Positions 47,401 to 55,948 of a DNA stretch of 64,000 nucleotides are shown piece by piece (the stretch's first letter is position 1; each line of letters begins with the position of its first letter). The DNA comes from a virus (lineage: Duplodnaviria > Heunggongvirae > Uroviricota > Caudoviricetes): the IMG/VR virus record IMGVR_UViG_3300035701_000012; one strand, written 5' to 3'. The notes under the pieces were generated by a model. That model had not been told where the DNA came from and made no database searches. It worked only from the letters and a program-made list of their open reading frames with translations. The translations under genes and the position numbers were made by a program.

Positions 47401-50400
47401 CCGAAGATTTGGCTACTATTGTAATCTGAAAGTGTGCGATTAACATAATTCCAAACTTGCTGTGCGGTTAGATTCGATGAGCCGAGCAGAATGCCTTTGT
47501 TCTCAAAGACCGTTCCGTTTATTGATACCAAGAATTCTCGGATTTCAGTCAGATTATAATCTGTCAAAGTCCTGACAGTGTAATTCCATGTTGCATTCGG
47601 AAGATTTATCAACAGATTATTATTTGAGTAAATCGTTCCATTGATGTCAATCAGAAAAGCTCTAATCTCAGATAGATTATAATCTGTAAGTGTGCGGTTT
47701 ATGTAAGACCATACTTGTTGAGCAGTTAGATTCGCCTGTCCGAGCAGGATTGCCTGATTCGTATAGACAGTTCCGTTTATATCAATCGCATATCCCTTAA
47801 TCTCAGATAAATTATAATCTGTCAATGTGCGATTCAAATATTCCCATACCTGTTTAGCGGTAAGATTCGACATTCCCTGAAGTAAACCTTTATTTTCGTA
47901 AACCGTGCTGTTGATGTCCACAACATAAAGATATATCTGAGAATTGTTGTAATCAGTCAAAGTGCGGTTTGAATAAGTCCAAACCTGCTGTGCGGTCAAA
48001 TTCGCTTGTCCGAGCAACACACCAAGAATTTGCGTTACTGTATCATTTATTGAAGTCAAATCTGTGGAAGTAGTATTATAAAACGTAAGTGTTCTGGTTG
48101 TGTAGTTCCAAACCTGCTCGGCAGTAAGATTGGCAAGACCACGAATCAGATTGCGGTTTTCATAAACCGTATCATTGATATCAACTACATACAGATATAA
48201 TTGAGTTGTGTTATAGTCCGTAAGAGTTCGTGTGCTATAAGTCCATACTTGAGCTGCGGTTAGGTTTGCCTGACCCAAAACTATGCCAACTATCTCTTTT
48301 GTGGTCAAATTTATGTCATTTAGGTAGGCTAAAACATCACTTTGATTATAATCAGTGAGAGTTCTTGTCGTATATGACCAAATTTCTCCGGCAGTAAGAT
48401 TTGTTGAATTATAGAAAGTCAGAGTCCTTGTTGTCGAATTCCAGACATACAATGCCTGAGTTTCGTAATCAAAAAACGTCAAAGACCGATTGCTATATAA
48501 CCAAACATCCTGTGCTGTAAGGTTAGACATTCCTTTCAGGAGTCCTGCTATCTCAGATAGATTGTATTCTGTCAGACTTCTATTGGAAAATGACCATATT
48601 TGCGAAGCAGTGAGATTAGACTGTCCGAGTAGAATACCTACTATCTCAGATTGATTATAATCCGTCAAAGTTCGGTTATTGAATGCCCACACCTGCTCGG
48701 CTGTCAGATTTGACATTCCTTTCAATAGACCGACAATTTCCGAATTATTATAGTCGGTAAGACTTCTATTGACATAAGTCCATACCTGTTGTGCAGTGAG
48801 ATTTGATAACCCATTAAGAATTCCAATGCTATCATGCATAGTTGCATTTATGTCCACCAAATAAATGAATGTTTGGCTATTGTTGTAATCCGTCAGACTT
48901 CTTTGAGTGAATGACCAAATTTGTGTGGTGAGATTTTCTGTAAGGTTTCCGAGCAAAAGTTTGTTAACATAAACGGTATCATTTATGGTAACAACATAAC
49001 CTTTGATTTCGGAAAGATTGTAATCGGTCAAAGTTCGACTCACATACGACCATACCTGAGCCGATGTAAGATTAGAAAGTCCTCTGATTAATCCTCTATT
49101 TTCGTAAACGGTATCATTGATTGCCACAACATACATATAGATTTGAGAGTTATTGTAATCTGTGAGAGTCCTGCTATTGAACGACCATACTTGCGAGGCG
49201 GTAAGATTTGCTTGACCAAGAACGATACCTTTTATGTCCCAAAGTGTTGTATTGATGTCCGCCAAAAAGAGATAGATGCCTGATTGATTATAATTTGTCA
49301 AATCTCTAACAGGAAAACTCCAAATATCTGCGGTTGTTATGTTATTCACGGTTGTATTATAGAAAGTAAGCGTTCTGCTCGTTGCGTTCCAAACATAGAG
49401 AGATTGCGTTTCATAATCAAAGAAGGTTAGATTGCGACTGTTGAAATCCCATACTTGCTGTGCGGTTAGATTACTCATACCTTGAAGTAGTCCTTGAATT
49501 TCAGATAGATTATACGAGGTAAGACTGCGATTACTGAATGTCCATACTTCGGTGGCAGTCAGGTTGGATAAACCACGAATTAATCCAATGACTTCTGAAT
49601 TATTGCTATTCGTAAGTTCACGGTTCATATAAGTCCAAATTTCCTGAGCTGATAAATTATGCAGACCATGAATTGTTGTGTTGATGTCAATGACTGTTCC
49701 GTTGATTTGCGTGAGAATCAGGAATGATTCACTCATATTATAATCCGTCAAAGTTCTTGTTGTAAATGACCATATTCTCGAAGGCATTGTATTGTTGATG
49801 TCATTTACAGTCCCATTTATTTCCGTTACGAATGACCTGACCACATAGATTGTTTGGTTAGCATCAATGACGATTCCTCGAATCTCCGTCAGATTATTCA
49901 TCACACCTGAAAGATTATAATCAGTCAAAACTCTGTTATTAAAATTCCATACAAAATATGGCATCGTTGAATTCATGACTGCAAGAAATTGCTGTATGTT
50001 CGTAAAATTATTCGGTATACTGACTTGTAAAGTCTGATTCCAATAGACGAAATATCGGTTTTCCCAATTCTGAATCGCTGTAAAGTTATTAAAAATATTC
50101 GTATAATTCACATTTTGCGATAGAATGATTGCATCGAGCTTCTGATTAATAGCGGTGAAATTGTTGTTCCATGCCACGAACAAGGTATTATTGAAATATG
50201 TCAGGTAAAGATTGCTCGATGATGAATTGCTCAGTATGAGTGAAAGATTTTCCAAAACCTGAGAAAAGTTTATCTGTTGAGTATCAAGTTTCTGATTTAT
50301 CACTGTGAAGTTATTATTCCAATACTGATACAGCGTTCCGTTCCAATATATGAGAAAACTGTTTTGATAGCTCTGATTATTCAAAACGAATGTCAGATTT

Positions 50401-52664
50401 GCGAGGATGCTGTTCAATTGATTTGTGTGACCAACGAGTTTGTTATTGATGTCAGTGAAATTATTGTTGTAATTTATGAAGACCGTTCCATTCCAATACA
50501 AGAAGTATCGGCTTTCCCAGTTCTGTATGGCTGTGAAATTATTGAAAATATTTGTCATGTTTGTATTGAGATTAGTATTGATAGCGTTTACTGTGAAATT
50601 TGTCTGATTCGTCAGCACCAATACCTGATACAATGTTCCGTTTATCGAAATGATATTTGTTAATGAAGTATTAATCAAATATCCCAACAAAAATTGATAT
50701 TGTTGTCTAAGTTGAACTGATGCAAAAGTTTCAAATTCTTGATAATAACCTACCAAATCTCCTGCATCTATTGAAGTAAAAGATTGATTCCAAAAAGTGT
50801 ATGCCCAATATTCAACGTCTTTTAAATAATGACAAGTTTGCAATTGAAAATTTGTAGAAATATTTGTCGTAGCAAGTATTGGAACTGTATAATTATAATT
50901 ATTCAAAGTAGCCAAAGGGTCACAAAATACACCATTTGTGTTGTTGACATAATCCAGTTGATTTTTATACTGTACCATTTTATATCTCATGTAATTATCC
51001 ATCTTAATCCAATATCGTGTTGTCTGACTTGAAACCAAATCTATTGGAATATCTAATTGACAATTTGCTGCTATAGGCGTTGTCATAATTATATTACTGT
51101 TCAATCCAGCAGAGGTATTTACATCCTGCCACTGATTGGATGTTGTGTTCAAGAATTTTACCCAATAGACACCTTGACAACTTACTGCTGTTGGTGTCTG
51201 ATATGTCCAATAAGACCCTGCTTGATTTACCGAGCCTGTTATATTAATATAATCATCTAAATCGCCTTCAGGAAAGCCATACAAATCAGTATTGTTTATT
51301 AATGCACATGAAGATGAACCTGCCCGACCTACAGGAGAATTAGCATATTTAGAACCGCAGAGAGTTGTTATCGTATAAAGTTGTTTGTTTGCAACACTTG
51401 TAACGTGCATTTCTCCTGAACCTTTTATTTCCTGAACCATTCCCTGAGCAGTCGCTATCTGTATATTCAGCCAATTATCAAATTCAGAAAAAGAACTTCC
51501 GAATGTATTTAACATTCTTATTCTTATCATACCTGTTGTTGAGTTAATAATGTTAGTAAGAGGCAATGTATTTGATTGAAAATCACTGATACCTATTGGT
51601 GCGGTAGTCGCTGTGCCTGAAAATGTCAAAGTGTTCGGTAAAGTTATCCAAGAACCATTAGTCCAATTCCAAACATAATAAGTCATCAAAGACGTAACGC
51701 TACTTTCTCCCATATAAAAAAGACTCATATATGTTACATTTGTTAAATTTGAAAAATGTATGGTAGTATTGAAATCATAATAGGAATCACAGGTTTTTGT
51801 AGCACCTCCTGTTGAAGAACATTCCTGATAAATCCAATCTTCATAATCAGTCAAGAAAAACGGAGACCCTGCGAATGTTCCTGCTGTGACAGTTCTGTTC
51901 GGAAAAAATGTTTCGTCACCTGACAGAGAATAAACAAAAGCCTGACTTGTAGCATAAGAACATTTTGATGACAACATATAAACTCCAAGCAAAGATGGTA
52001 TGTTGAAATCATAATAATATATTCCATCATCACCAACAGCTTTTAGCATAGGTGCATCATGAATTGTGTATGGATGTGTTAGATTCGGAGAACTTGGATA
52101 CCAAATATCAACAAAGCATGAAGCCTGACCCACAGGCAAACCTTGTTCGTCAATTACTTGAACAAAAATAGTAGCGAGGTCTCCCTGTGAATATTCTGTT
52201 CCTGACATTTTTATTTGTCCTATTGGTTTATTTGTATAAGTTATTTCTAAAAATCCAACTGAAGAACCAACATCTTTATCGGAAAATATTGTAAAATTAT
52301 AGAGACCTGATTGTGTTATGATATTTGAACAATCAAACGAAGCTATTGCAAACCCAGAAGAAGTTCCCGACCAACTTGGATTATTACATCTTTTACCATT
52401 TGCCCAAAAATCAATTCTTTGAGGCGATGAAGTCACAAACAATTGAAAACTGACCATAGCTGAAATTACACTACCGATTTTATCAGGTGGATTAAGTGTT
52501 AGATTGTAAGTGTAATTTATGTTTTTTGTCATGGATTCTCTGTAGAAAGGATTGAGATAAATCTTGCTGTAAATTTGACCCTGTTGGTCGGCTTTGACCG
52601 TCTGAACTGCTAAGACTAATGAGAAAGCTATGAATACCAAAATCATTACACAAATTTTCTTCAT
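44460..52664 (-). CDS. giant (2734 aa) surface glycoprotein with about 40 tandem ~38-40-aa repeats (SNLTAxQVWxYxNRxLTDYNxSEI...) and C-terminal TM anchor
   Basis: signal peptide MKKICVMILVFIAFSLVLAVQTVKA; each repeat carries 2-3 sequons; C-terminal LLWIIIVLIIITIWLIRRASKKRRRKNG. Confidence 0.8.
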   Translation of the reverse strand: MKKICVMILVFIAFSLVLAVQTVKADQQGQIYSKIYLNPFYRESMTKNINYTYNLTLNPPDKIGSVISAMVSFQLFVTSSPQRIDFWANGKRCNNPSWSGTSSGFAIASFDCSNIITQSGLYNFTIFSDKDVGSSVGFLEITYTNKPIGQIKMSGTEYSQGDLATIFVQVIDEQGLPVGQASCFVDIWYPSSPNLTHPYTIHDAPMLKAVGDDGIYYYDFNIPSLLGVYMLSSKCSYATSQAFVYSLSGDETFFPNRTVTAGTFAGSPFFLTDYEDWIYQECSSTGGATKTCDSYYDFNTTIHFSNLTNVTYMSLFYMGESSVTSLMTYYVWNWTNGSWITLPNTLTFSGTATTAPIGISDFQSNTLPLTNIINSTTGMIRIRMLNTFGSSFSEFDNWLNIQIATAQGMVQEIKGSGEMHVTSVANKQLYTITTLCGSKYANSPVGRAGSSSCALINNTDLYGFPEGDLDDYINITGSVNQAGSYWTYQTPTAVSCQGVYWVKFLNTTSNQWQDVNTSAGLNSNIIMTTPIAANCQLDIPIDLVSSQTTRYWIKMDNYMRYKMVQYKNQLDYVNNTNGVFCDPLATLNNYNYTVPILATTNISTNFQLQTCHYLKDVEYWAYTFWNQSFTSIDAGDLVGYYQEFETFASVQLRQQYQFLLGYLINTSLTNIISINGTLYQVLVLTNQTNFTVNAINTNLNTNMTNIFNNFTAIQNWESRYFLYWNGTVFINYNNNFTDINNKLVGHTNQLNSILANLTFVLNNQSYQNSFLIYWNGTLYQYWNNNFTVINQKLDTQQINFSQVLENLSLILSNSSSSNLYLTYFNNTLFVAWNNNFTAINQKLDAIILSQNVNYTNIFNNFTAIQNWENRYFVYWNQTLQVSIPNNFTNIQQFLAVMNSTMPYFVWNFNNRVLTDYNLSGVMNNLTEIRGIVIDANQTIYVVRSFVTEINGTVNDINNTMPSRIWSFTTRTLTDYNMSESFLILTQINGTVIDINTTIHGLHNLSAQEIWTYMNRELTNSNNSEVIGLIRGLSNLTATEVWTFSNRSLTSYNLSEIQGLLQGMSNLTAQQVWDFNSRNLTFFDYETQSLYVWNATSRTLTFYNTTVNNITTADIWSFPVRDLTNYNQSGIYLFLADINTTLWDIKGIVLGQANLTASQVWSFNSRTLTDYNNSQIYMYVVAINDTVYENRGLIRGLSNLTSAQVWSYVSRTLTDYNLSEIKGYVVTINDTVYVNKLLLGNLTENLTTQIWSFTQRSLTDYNNSQTFIYLVDINATMHDSIGILNGLSNLTAQQVWTYVNRSLTDYNNSEIVGLLKGMSNLTAEQVWAFNNRTLTDYNQSEIVGILLGQSNLTASQIWSFSNRSLTEYNLSEIAGLLKGMSNLTAQDVWLYSNRSLTFFDYETQALYVWNSTTRTLTFYNSTNLTAGEIWSYTTRTLTDYNQSDVLAYLNDINLTTKEIVGIVLGQANLTAAQVWTYSTRTLTDYNTTQLYLYVVDINDTVYENRNLIRGLANLTAEQVWNYTTRTLTFYNTTSTDLTSINDTVTQILGVLLGQANLTAQQVWTYSNRTLTDYNNSQIYLYVVDINSTVYENKGLLQGMSNLTAKQVWEYLNRTLTDYNLSEIKGYAIDINGTVYTNQAILLGQANLTAQQVWSYINRTLTDYNLSEIRAFLIDINGTIYSNNNLLINLPNATWNYTVRTLTDYNLTEIREFLVSINGTVFENKGILLGSSNLTAQQVWNYVNRTLSDYNSSQIFGYIVDINDTVYINKNLLFNLTFNATTPSAIWSFSSRTLTDYNLSEIKSIIIEINGTTYENKGILLGLSNLTAGQVWNYTVRELTDYNNSVIHGFVIDINGTVYENNGLIKGMANLTADQVWSYSNRTLTFYNTSGINFSNIEANLSEIRGFVIDINGTVYTNKGILLGLSNLTADQVWSFASRVLTDYNLSEMKGYVLGINDTTFEIKGILLGQSNLTAGQVWAYTNRTLSDYNLSGIYIILSDINVTIGQGFYNLSNLTAQSVWIYSNRILTEYNNTEIIGLINGLSNLSAANVWTFGNRSLTEYNNTEIIGLLNGLSNITASDVWNFSVRSLTDYNNTEIIGILKGMANITGEDVWNFPNRSLTVFDYQTQALYIWNSTQRTLTYYNTTFVNVTAADIWSFSYRTLTDLNGTQVTIYTANTNTVVNNLWNYLFRTNQSVLLSENITNLILNETSSLTINYSIFIPLKAGFNDTNYLPVRINYWFLDSNGNCIDQFNESTNSTPHCQPLEVETVGKMLTNISFIVKLRPQVPVGTYSVIREIQIDPNEVWISYGTEPIGRVVATQENTVPSAIIDPMASYYPVNVINIIMLILVGSSAFGCIYLFKNDSKKPIMVVLLVFVTIFLMIPVHSADLITTNFTVEFIPLPPPPIIFTASVGNIQYLTNEQGFVSGHLYQSNGTYYDNATIRIRWYAPNVTNSSILFLANETNTTVNGTGYFFMYLPFADYFNIGHWQINVTDLNITNSTINLNFTLGLFVAAPPSGGGVTGGVILTGGGGGLNICGDGVCTPGEEQICLIDCGNVTWYFTPDHRIIQLDKAQCFTYDFLVGNTKANDLELGLVLVDLGDHSATWTRFNGTSTTFFMVVPGGSTEYNRKAFFNVTTCVPDGTVYKRYSFNILTKSQNWAKIIPIDVEVTNIPAVPIIVQAFADFMTSPFVFKDSPSAIVRAFSTPLLWIIIVLIIITIWLIRRASKKRRRKNG
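46400..50600 (-). repeat. DNA-level degenerate tandem repeats (~114-120 bp) encoding the protein repeats of the 2734-aa gene
   Basis: periodic recurrence of ...aatctcag/ttataatc.../gtcaga... units on the + strand, mirrored in the protein periodicity. Confidence 0.55.
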
Positions 52665-52855
52665 TCCTTCACCTTTATTTCTATCGGATAGGGTTTTGAT
52701 TCTATTCTTGAAAATTCATCGAAAAAATTACCTTTCAAAATTCTATATCTGAACAAAGCTTTTCCACAGACACATTTTAGTTTTGTTTGGTTGCTTTTTT
52801 GTTCCTTACCTATTGCAAACTTTTTTTTGCAGTGGATACATACATACTTGGGCAT
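52661..52855 (-). CDS. zinc-ribbon micro-protein
   Basis: CIHCKK...CVCGK. Confidence 0.4.
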   Translation of the reverse strand: MPKYVCIHCKKKFAIGKEQKSNQTKLKCVCGKALFRYRILKGNFFDEFSRIESKPYPIEIKVKE

Positions 52856-53006
52856 CGCTTTTCACCTTCTCCTTCAAAGACTGCCTTAGCTGTTTTATTC
52901 TTTTTTCATATTCTTGTTTTCTTTCAAAACACCAATCACAGATTCCCAGATTTTGCTCATTTTCGCCATTTGTGATTTCAAACCCACATTTCCAACAGCT
53001 TGGCAT
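52806..53006 (-). CDS. zinc-ribbon micro-protein (50-nt overlap with the previous ORF)
   Basis: CWKCG...CDWC. Confidence 0.4.
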   Translation of the reverse strand: MPSCWKCGFEITNGENEQNLGICDWCFERKQEYEKRIKQLRQSLKEKVKSDAQVCMYPLQKKVCNR

Positions 53007-53017
53007 ATCTCATCACC

Positions 53018-53833
53018 TCATTTTCTTAATCTGAAAAACAAAACTGCTGTCATTGAAAGCATGAAAAGTATTATTGTCCAACCAATCCACATGATTCCGG
53101 GGATTCCTCCTGTTCCTGAAAATATCGTAATGGCGAAATTATTGGCAGCGTGAATCATAAACGGAAATAGCAAATTTCTTGTAACCAAAACTGCCAATGA
53201 CATCATGAGACCGAAGAAAAATACGCTGGTTGAAGCCGGAACGTTAACGGTTCCATACACTAAAAAATGGAAAAACATGAAGGACAATGGAGTAAGTATT
53301 CCTGTTATAGCCATCGAAATATATTGATTTTTAGTTCCTATGTAAACTACTCCATATATCAATGCGAGTAAAACGCCCCAGAAGAAAAAATCTTCCATAG
53401 AACTTGTAAATACGACCAGAATCGCTTGGACTCCGGGAGTGGAAGCAATCACTTGAAACTGCGGAGCAGCTACGAGCTGAAATAAAGGTGTTCCTGCAAC
53501 GCTGAAAAAAACATAAATTGCGATTATTGATGCAATCAAAAACATCAAAACTGTCTGCCGTCTATCAACTTTTCCAAAAACATTTTCTGATTCCCAGATT
53601 ATAGGATTTGGAAAATCAACACTGCCTTTGACTTTTGTGATACCTTTTGAAACTCCCCAAATAGCTATTCCAGATAATCCCAAAACCCAATAGATTAGAG
53701 CCTTATCCTTGAGACCGGGGACATTAATTGTATAGAATGCGAGAACTATAATAGATATTGTAAGATACATGAGAAAGATTATCTTTAAAGATGTCACTTC
53801 GTCTGTTGCAAGATTGTCCGGGCTATTAGCCAA
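53018..53833 (-). CDS. CPBP-family (CAAX protease-like) intramembrane metalloprotease
   Basis: about 7 TM helices; motifs MEDFFFWG (EExxxR-like), FMFFH (FxxxH), IHAANN (HxxxN). Confidence 0.55.
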   Translation of the reverse strand: MANSPDNLATDEVTSLKIIFLMYLTISIIVLAFYTINVPGLKDKALIYWVLGLSGIAIWGVSKGITKVKGSVDFPNPIIWESENVFGKVDRRQTVLMFLIASIIAIYVFFSVAGTPLFQLVAAPQFQVIASTPGVQAILVVFTSSMEDFFFWGVLLALIYGVVYIGTKNQYISMAITGILTPLSFMFFHFLVYGTVNVPASTSVFFFGLMMSLAVLVTRNLLFPFMIHAANNFAITIFSGTGGIPGIMWIGWTIILFMLSMTAVLFFRLRK

Positions 53834-53909
53834 TATGAAACACCTGATAATCTATTGTATCTCGTAATATATAAAGAAAAAGGGAAAGAAAAAAAATTAA
53901 AATGGTTTC

Positions 53910-54914
53910 TTATGAGTTGTTCAGCGTTGCCTTTACCTGCGATACTCCGACTTTTGTTCCTGCTGAATCAAATGTGCCGACCTTTATCGTTGAATCTATG
54001 TCTTGGAAGTAATTCACATCGTTGAAATAGACAACTGGGTCGTCACTTGCACCTGCTGATGTGCCTCCGTCATTGCTGACTTTTCCGTTTACGGTTACTG
54101 CAGCCATATTCGAGTTGATTGCAGGTATCTTGTAACATCGGTTACACGATTCCACAGCAGTCATCTTCGGATATTGAGTGCAATCCACTTCGGTAAGAGC
54201 AATGTCAGATGATGTCAGAGCAACAGCCTTGTCGGTGAACACAGCAGAGTTAACGGTGTCGATGCAAATTACTCCACCAAATTCCGTGCTACCAAATTGT
54301 GCAAATTGTGTTACTCCCGGAGTTACAAGAATCTTGAAGTTTCTTGTCTGTCCGCTACTCATTGCGGAAGCAGCCTCTTCGGTTGTAACAGCATTTTGAA
54401 CTGATGTATTTACACCAGTATTGTAGTCAAGGAAAGTTAGGTTGACTTGTCCTGCCAAAGGTGCATCAACAATAACGTTTGCTGCGGTTCCTGCTATTGT
54501 GTAGGTTGCTTTTGCAGATGTTTGATTTGCAGCTGCAAGAACATACAAGTTACCATTGAAGTTCTCTGATGTGCAAGGAACTGAAATTGCTGTTCCATAG
54601 CTCAAAGAAGAACCGCCAACGGTTGTGCCTGTTGCTACCAATAGGTTATTTGCGTTCACAATGTTAACAGATGTTGACAGATATTGCGTTGAAGGACTCA
54701 CAGGATTTCTTACAGCGGCATACAGACCCAAATTCGTCAGACCTTGACAAGTCTGAAGAGATGGTGCTGATGGAGTGACAGGAGCTCCCGGAACGGGTGC
54801 GCCTACTGCCTGAAATGTAACAAGACCTGTTGAACTTCCTATAAACACAAGAGCTGCAACCAGAACTACCAACATTGTAAGGGTTACGACAACACTTGTT
54901 GATTTTTTAGCCAT
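53910..54914 (-). CDS. secreted or cell-surface Thr/Ser/Ala/Val/Asn-rich protein with N-terminal signal anchor (possibly class III/pilin-like)
   Basis: MAKKSTSVVVTLTMLVVLVAALVFIG... then low-hydrophobicity T/S/N-rich beta-type composition. Confidence 0.55.
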   Translation of the reverse strand: MAKKSTSVVVTLTMLVVLVAALVFIGSSTGLVTFQAVGAPVPGAPVTPSAPSLQTCQGLTNLGLYAAVRNPVSPSTQYLSTSVNIVNANNLLVATGTTVGGSSLSYGTAISVPCTSENFNGNLYVLAAANQTSAKATYTIAGTAANVIVDAPLAGQVNLTFLDYNTGVNTSVQNAVTTEEAASAMSSGQTRNFKILVTPGVTQFAQFGSTEFGGVICIDTVNSAVFTDKAVALTSSDIALTEVDCTQYPKMTAVESCNRCYKIPAINSNMAAVTVNGKVSNDGGTSAGASDDPVVYFNDVNYFQDIDSTIKVGTFDSAGTKVGVSQVKATLNNS

Positions 54915-55099
54915 GTATAAATCACTTTTTTATCCTCGCTACAAGGCGAGTTGCTTGGTGAAGATGCTTCGAGTAAATATCAAGTTCAGAGTTTTTGTAG
55001 CATCTTGCAGATTCCACCGACTGTGGTTTATAAAGTGCTTTTGCCCGAACTCGCTATATAAAGGTTATCATGGAAAACCAGAACAGACTGTTTATATAC

Positions 55100-55690
55100 T
55101 CAGAGAACTCCACCGAATATTGATTCATCATCATTGATAGCTTCTGATAACTTCCATTCGATGTTTTGTTTCCAAAACTTCACAATATTTGCTTTATTCA
55201 CTCTGTAATAATCGGTTTTGATTTTTTCCAATATTTTGATATCTTCCGAAGCAAAACCTTCCAAAAAGAAGATTGTAGTCGGGCTGTAATCATTGCCTTC
55301 CAACTTTTGTGCTATCTGTTGAATCGAACCGAAAATATTTTTACTATCTTTATAAAGTGTATAGAGAATACGAGCCTTTTTTGTATTATTTCTCATGATT
55401 ATCTCTGATAACTTGTATTCTATACGATTTTCCCAAATGAAACGTATCTTGTTCGGGTCAGCTTTATATTTGGCATTTCTCTGCCTATTGGAATCCATTT
55501 CCTCAATTCCGACAACATTGAAGATGCTTTCTCTCACACAGTCCTGAATAAACTCGTATGTGGTTGATGTCCAATTCACTCCTTCAAGATATTTTGCAAT
55601 ATCTTTGATAGTTCCGGCATCCATTCTATTATGCTCGGTATAGATTCTGAACAACAAATGCGTTCTTTTTGGATTTATTTTCATCAACAT
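55100..55690 (-). CDS. hypothetical protein with internal ~80-aa duplication
   Basis: IKDIAKYLEGVNWTSTTYEFIQD...IRFIWENRIEYKLSEI parallels IQQIAQKLEGNDYSPTTIFFLEGF...IVKFWKQNIEWKLSEAI. Confidence 0.5.
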   Translation of the reverse strand: MLMKINPKRTHLLFRIYTEHNRMDAGTIKDIAKYLEGVNWTSTTYEFIQDCVRESIFNVVGIEEMDSNRQRNAKYKADPNKIRFIWENRIEYKLSEIIMRNNTKKARILYTLYKDSKNIFGSIQQIAQKLEGNDYSPTTIFFLEGFASEDIKILEKIKTDYYRVNKANIVKFWKQNIEWKLSEAINDDESIFGGVL

Positions 55691-55699
55691 CTCAAAACC

Positions 55700-55819
55700 T
55701 CAACATTCATTGCCATCTTCGTCAAAAAATATACCACAGGCACAACATTGAAAAGTTCCTATATCATAAATATCAGGAACTATCAGTTTCGACCCACATT
55801 TTGGACATTTTTCTATCAC
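55700..55819 (-). CDS. 39-aa zinc-ribbon micro-protein (GTG start, not in ORF track)
   Basis: VIEKCPKCGSKLIVPDIYDIGTFQCCACGIFFDEDGNEC; GGTGGTTG RBS. Confidence 0.35.
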   Translation of the reverse strand: MIEKCPKCGSKLIVPDIYDIGTFQCCACGIFFDEDGNEC

Positions 55820-55948
55820 GCAACCACCTATATTCTATTTTCATCAGCCACAATTGAACTTTTCTCACTGCAATCGAACTAAATGCAATGGATGAAATGA
55901 AGACTACCATTAAAATTACTACATTTATTATTTGTTCATACATCCTAA

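Noticed and set aside
38413-52664. Plus-strand ORFs within the giant minus-strand genes (39431-39649, 44701-44934, 44980-45207, 50277-50663, 50829-51032, 51057-51260)
   Set aside because: Antisense frames of long, well-supported CDSs; compositions (poly-Pro from antisense poly-Gly, Ile/Cys-rich) are shadow-ORF artefacts.
53910-54914. Calling the Thr-rich signal-anchored 334-aa protein the major capsid protein
   Set aside because: No recognisable capsid fold signature can be read from sequence and a cleavable N-terminal anchor is atypical for major capsid proteins; left as a secreted/surface protein.
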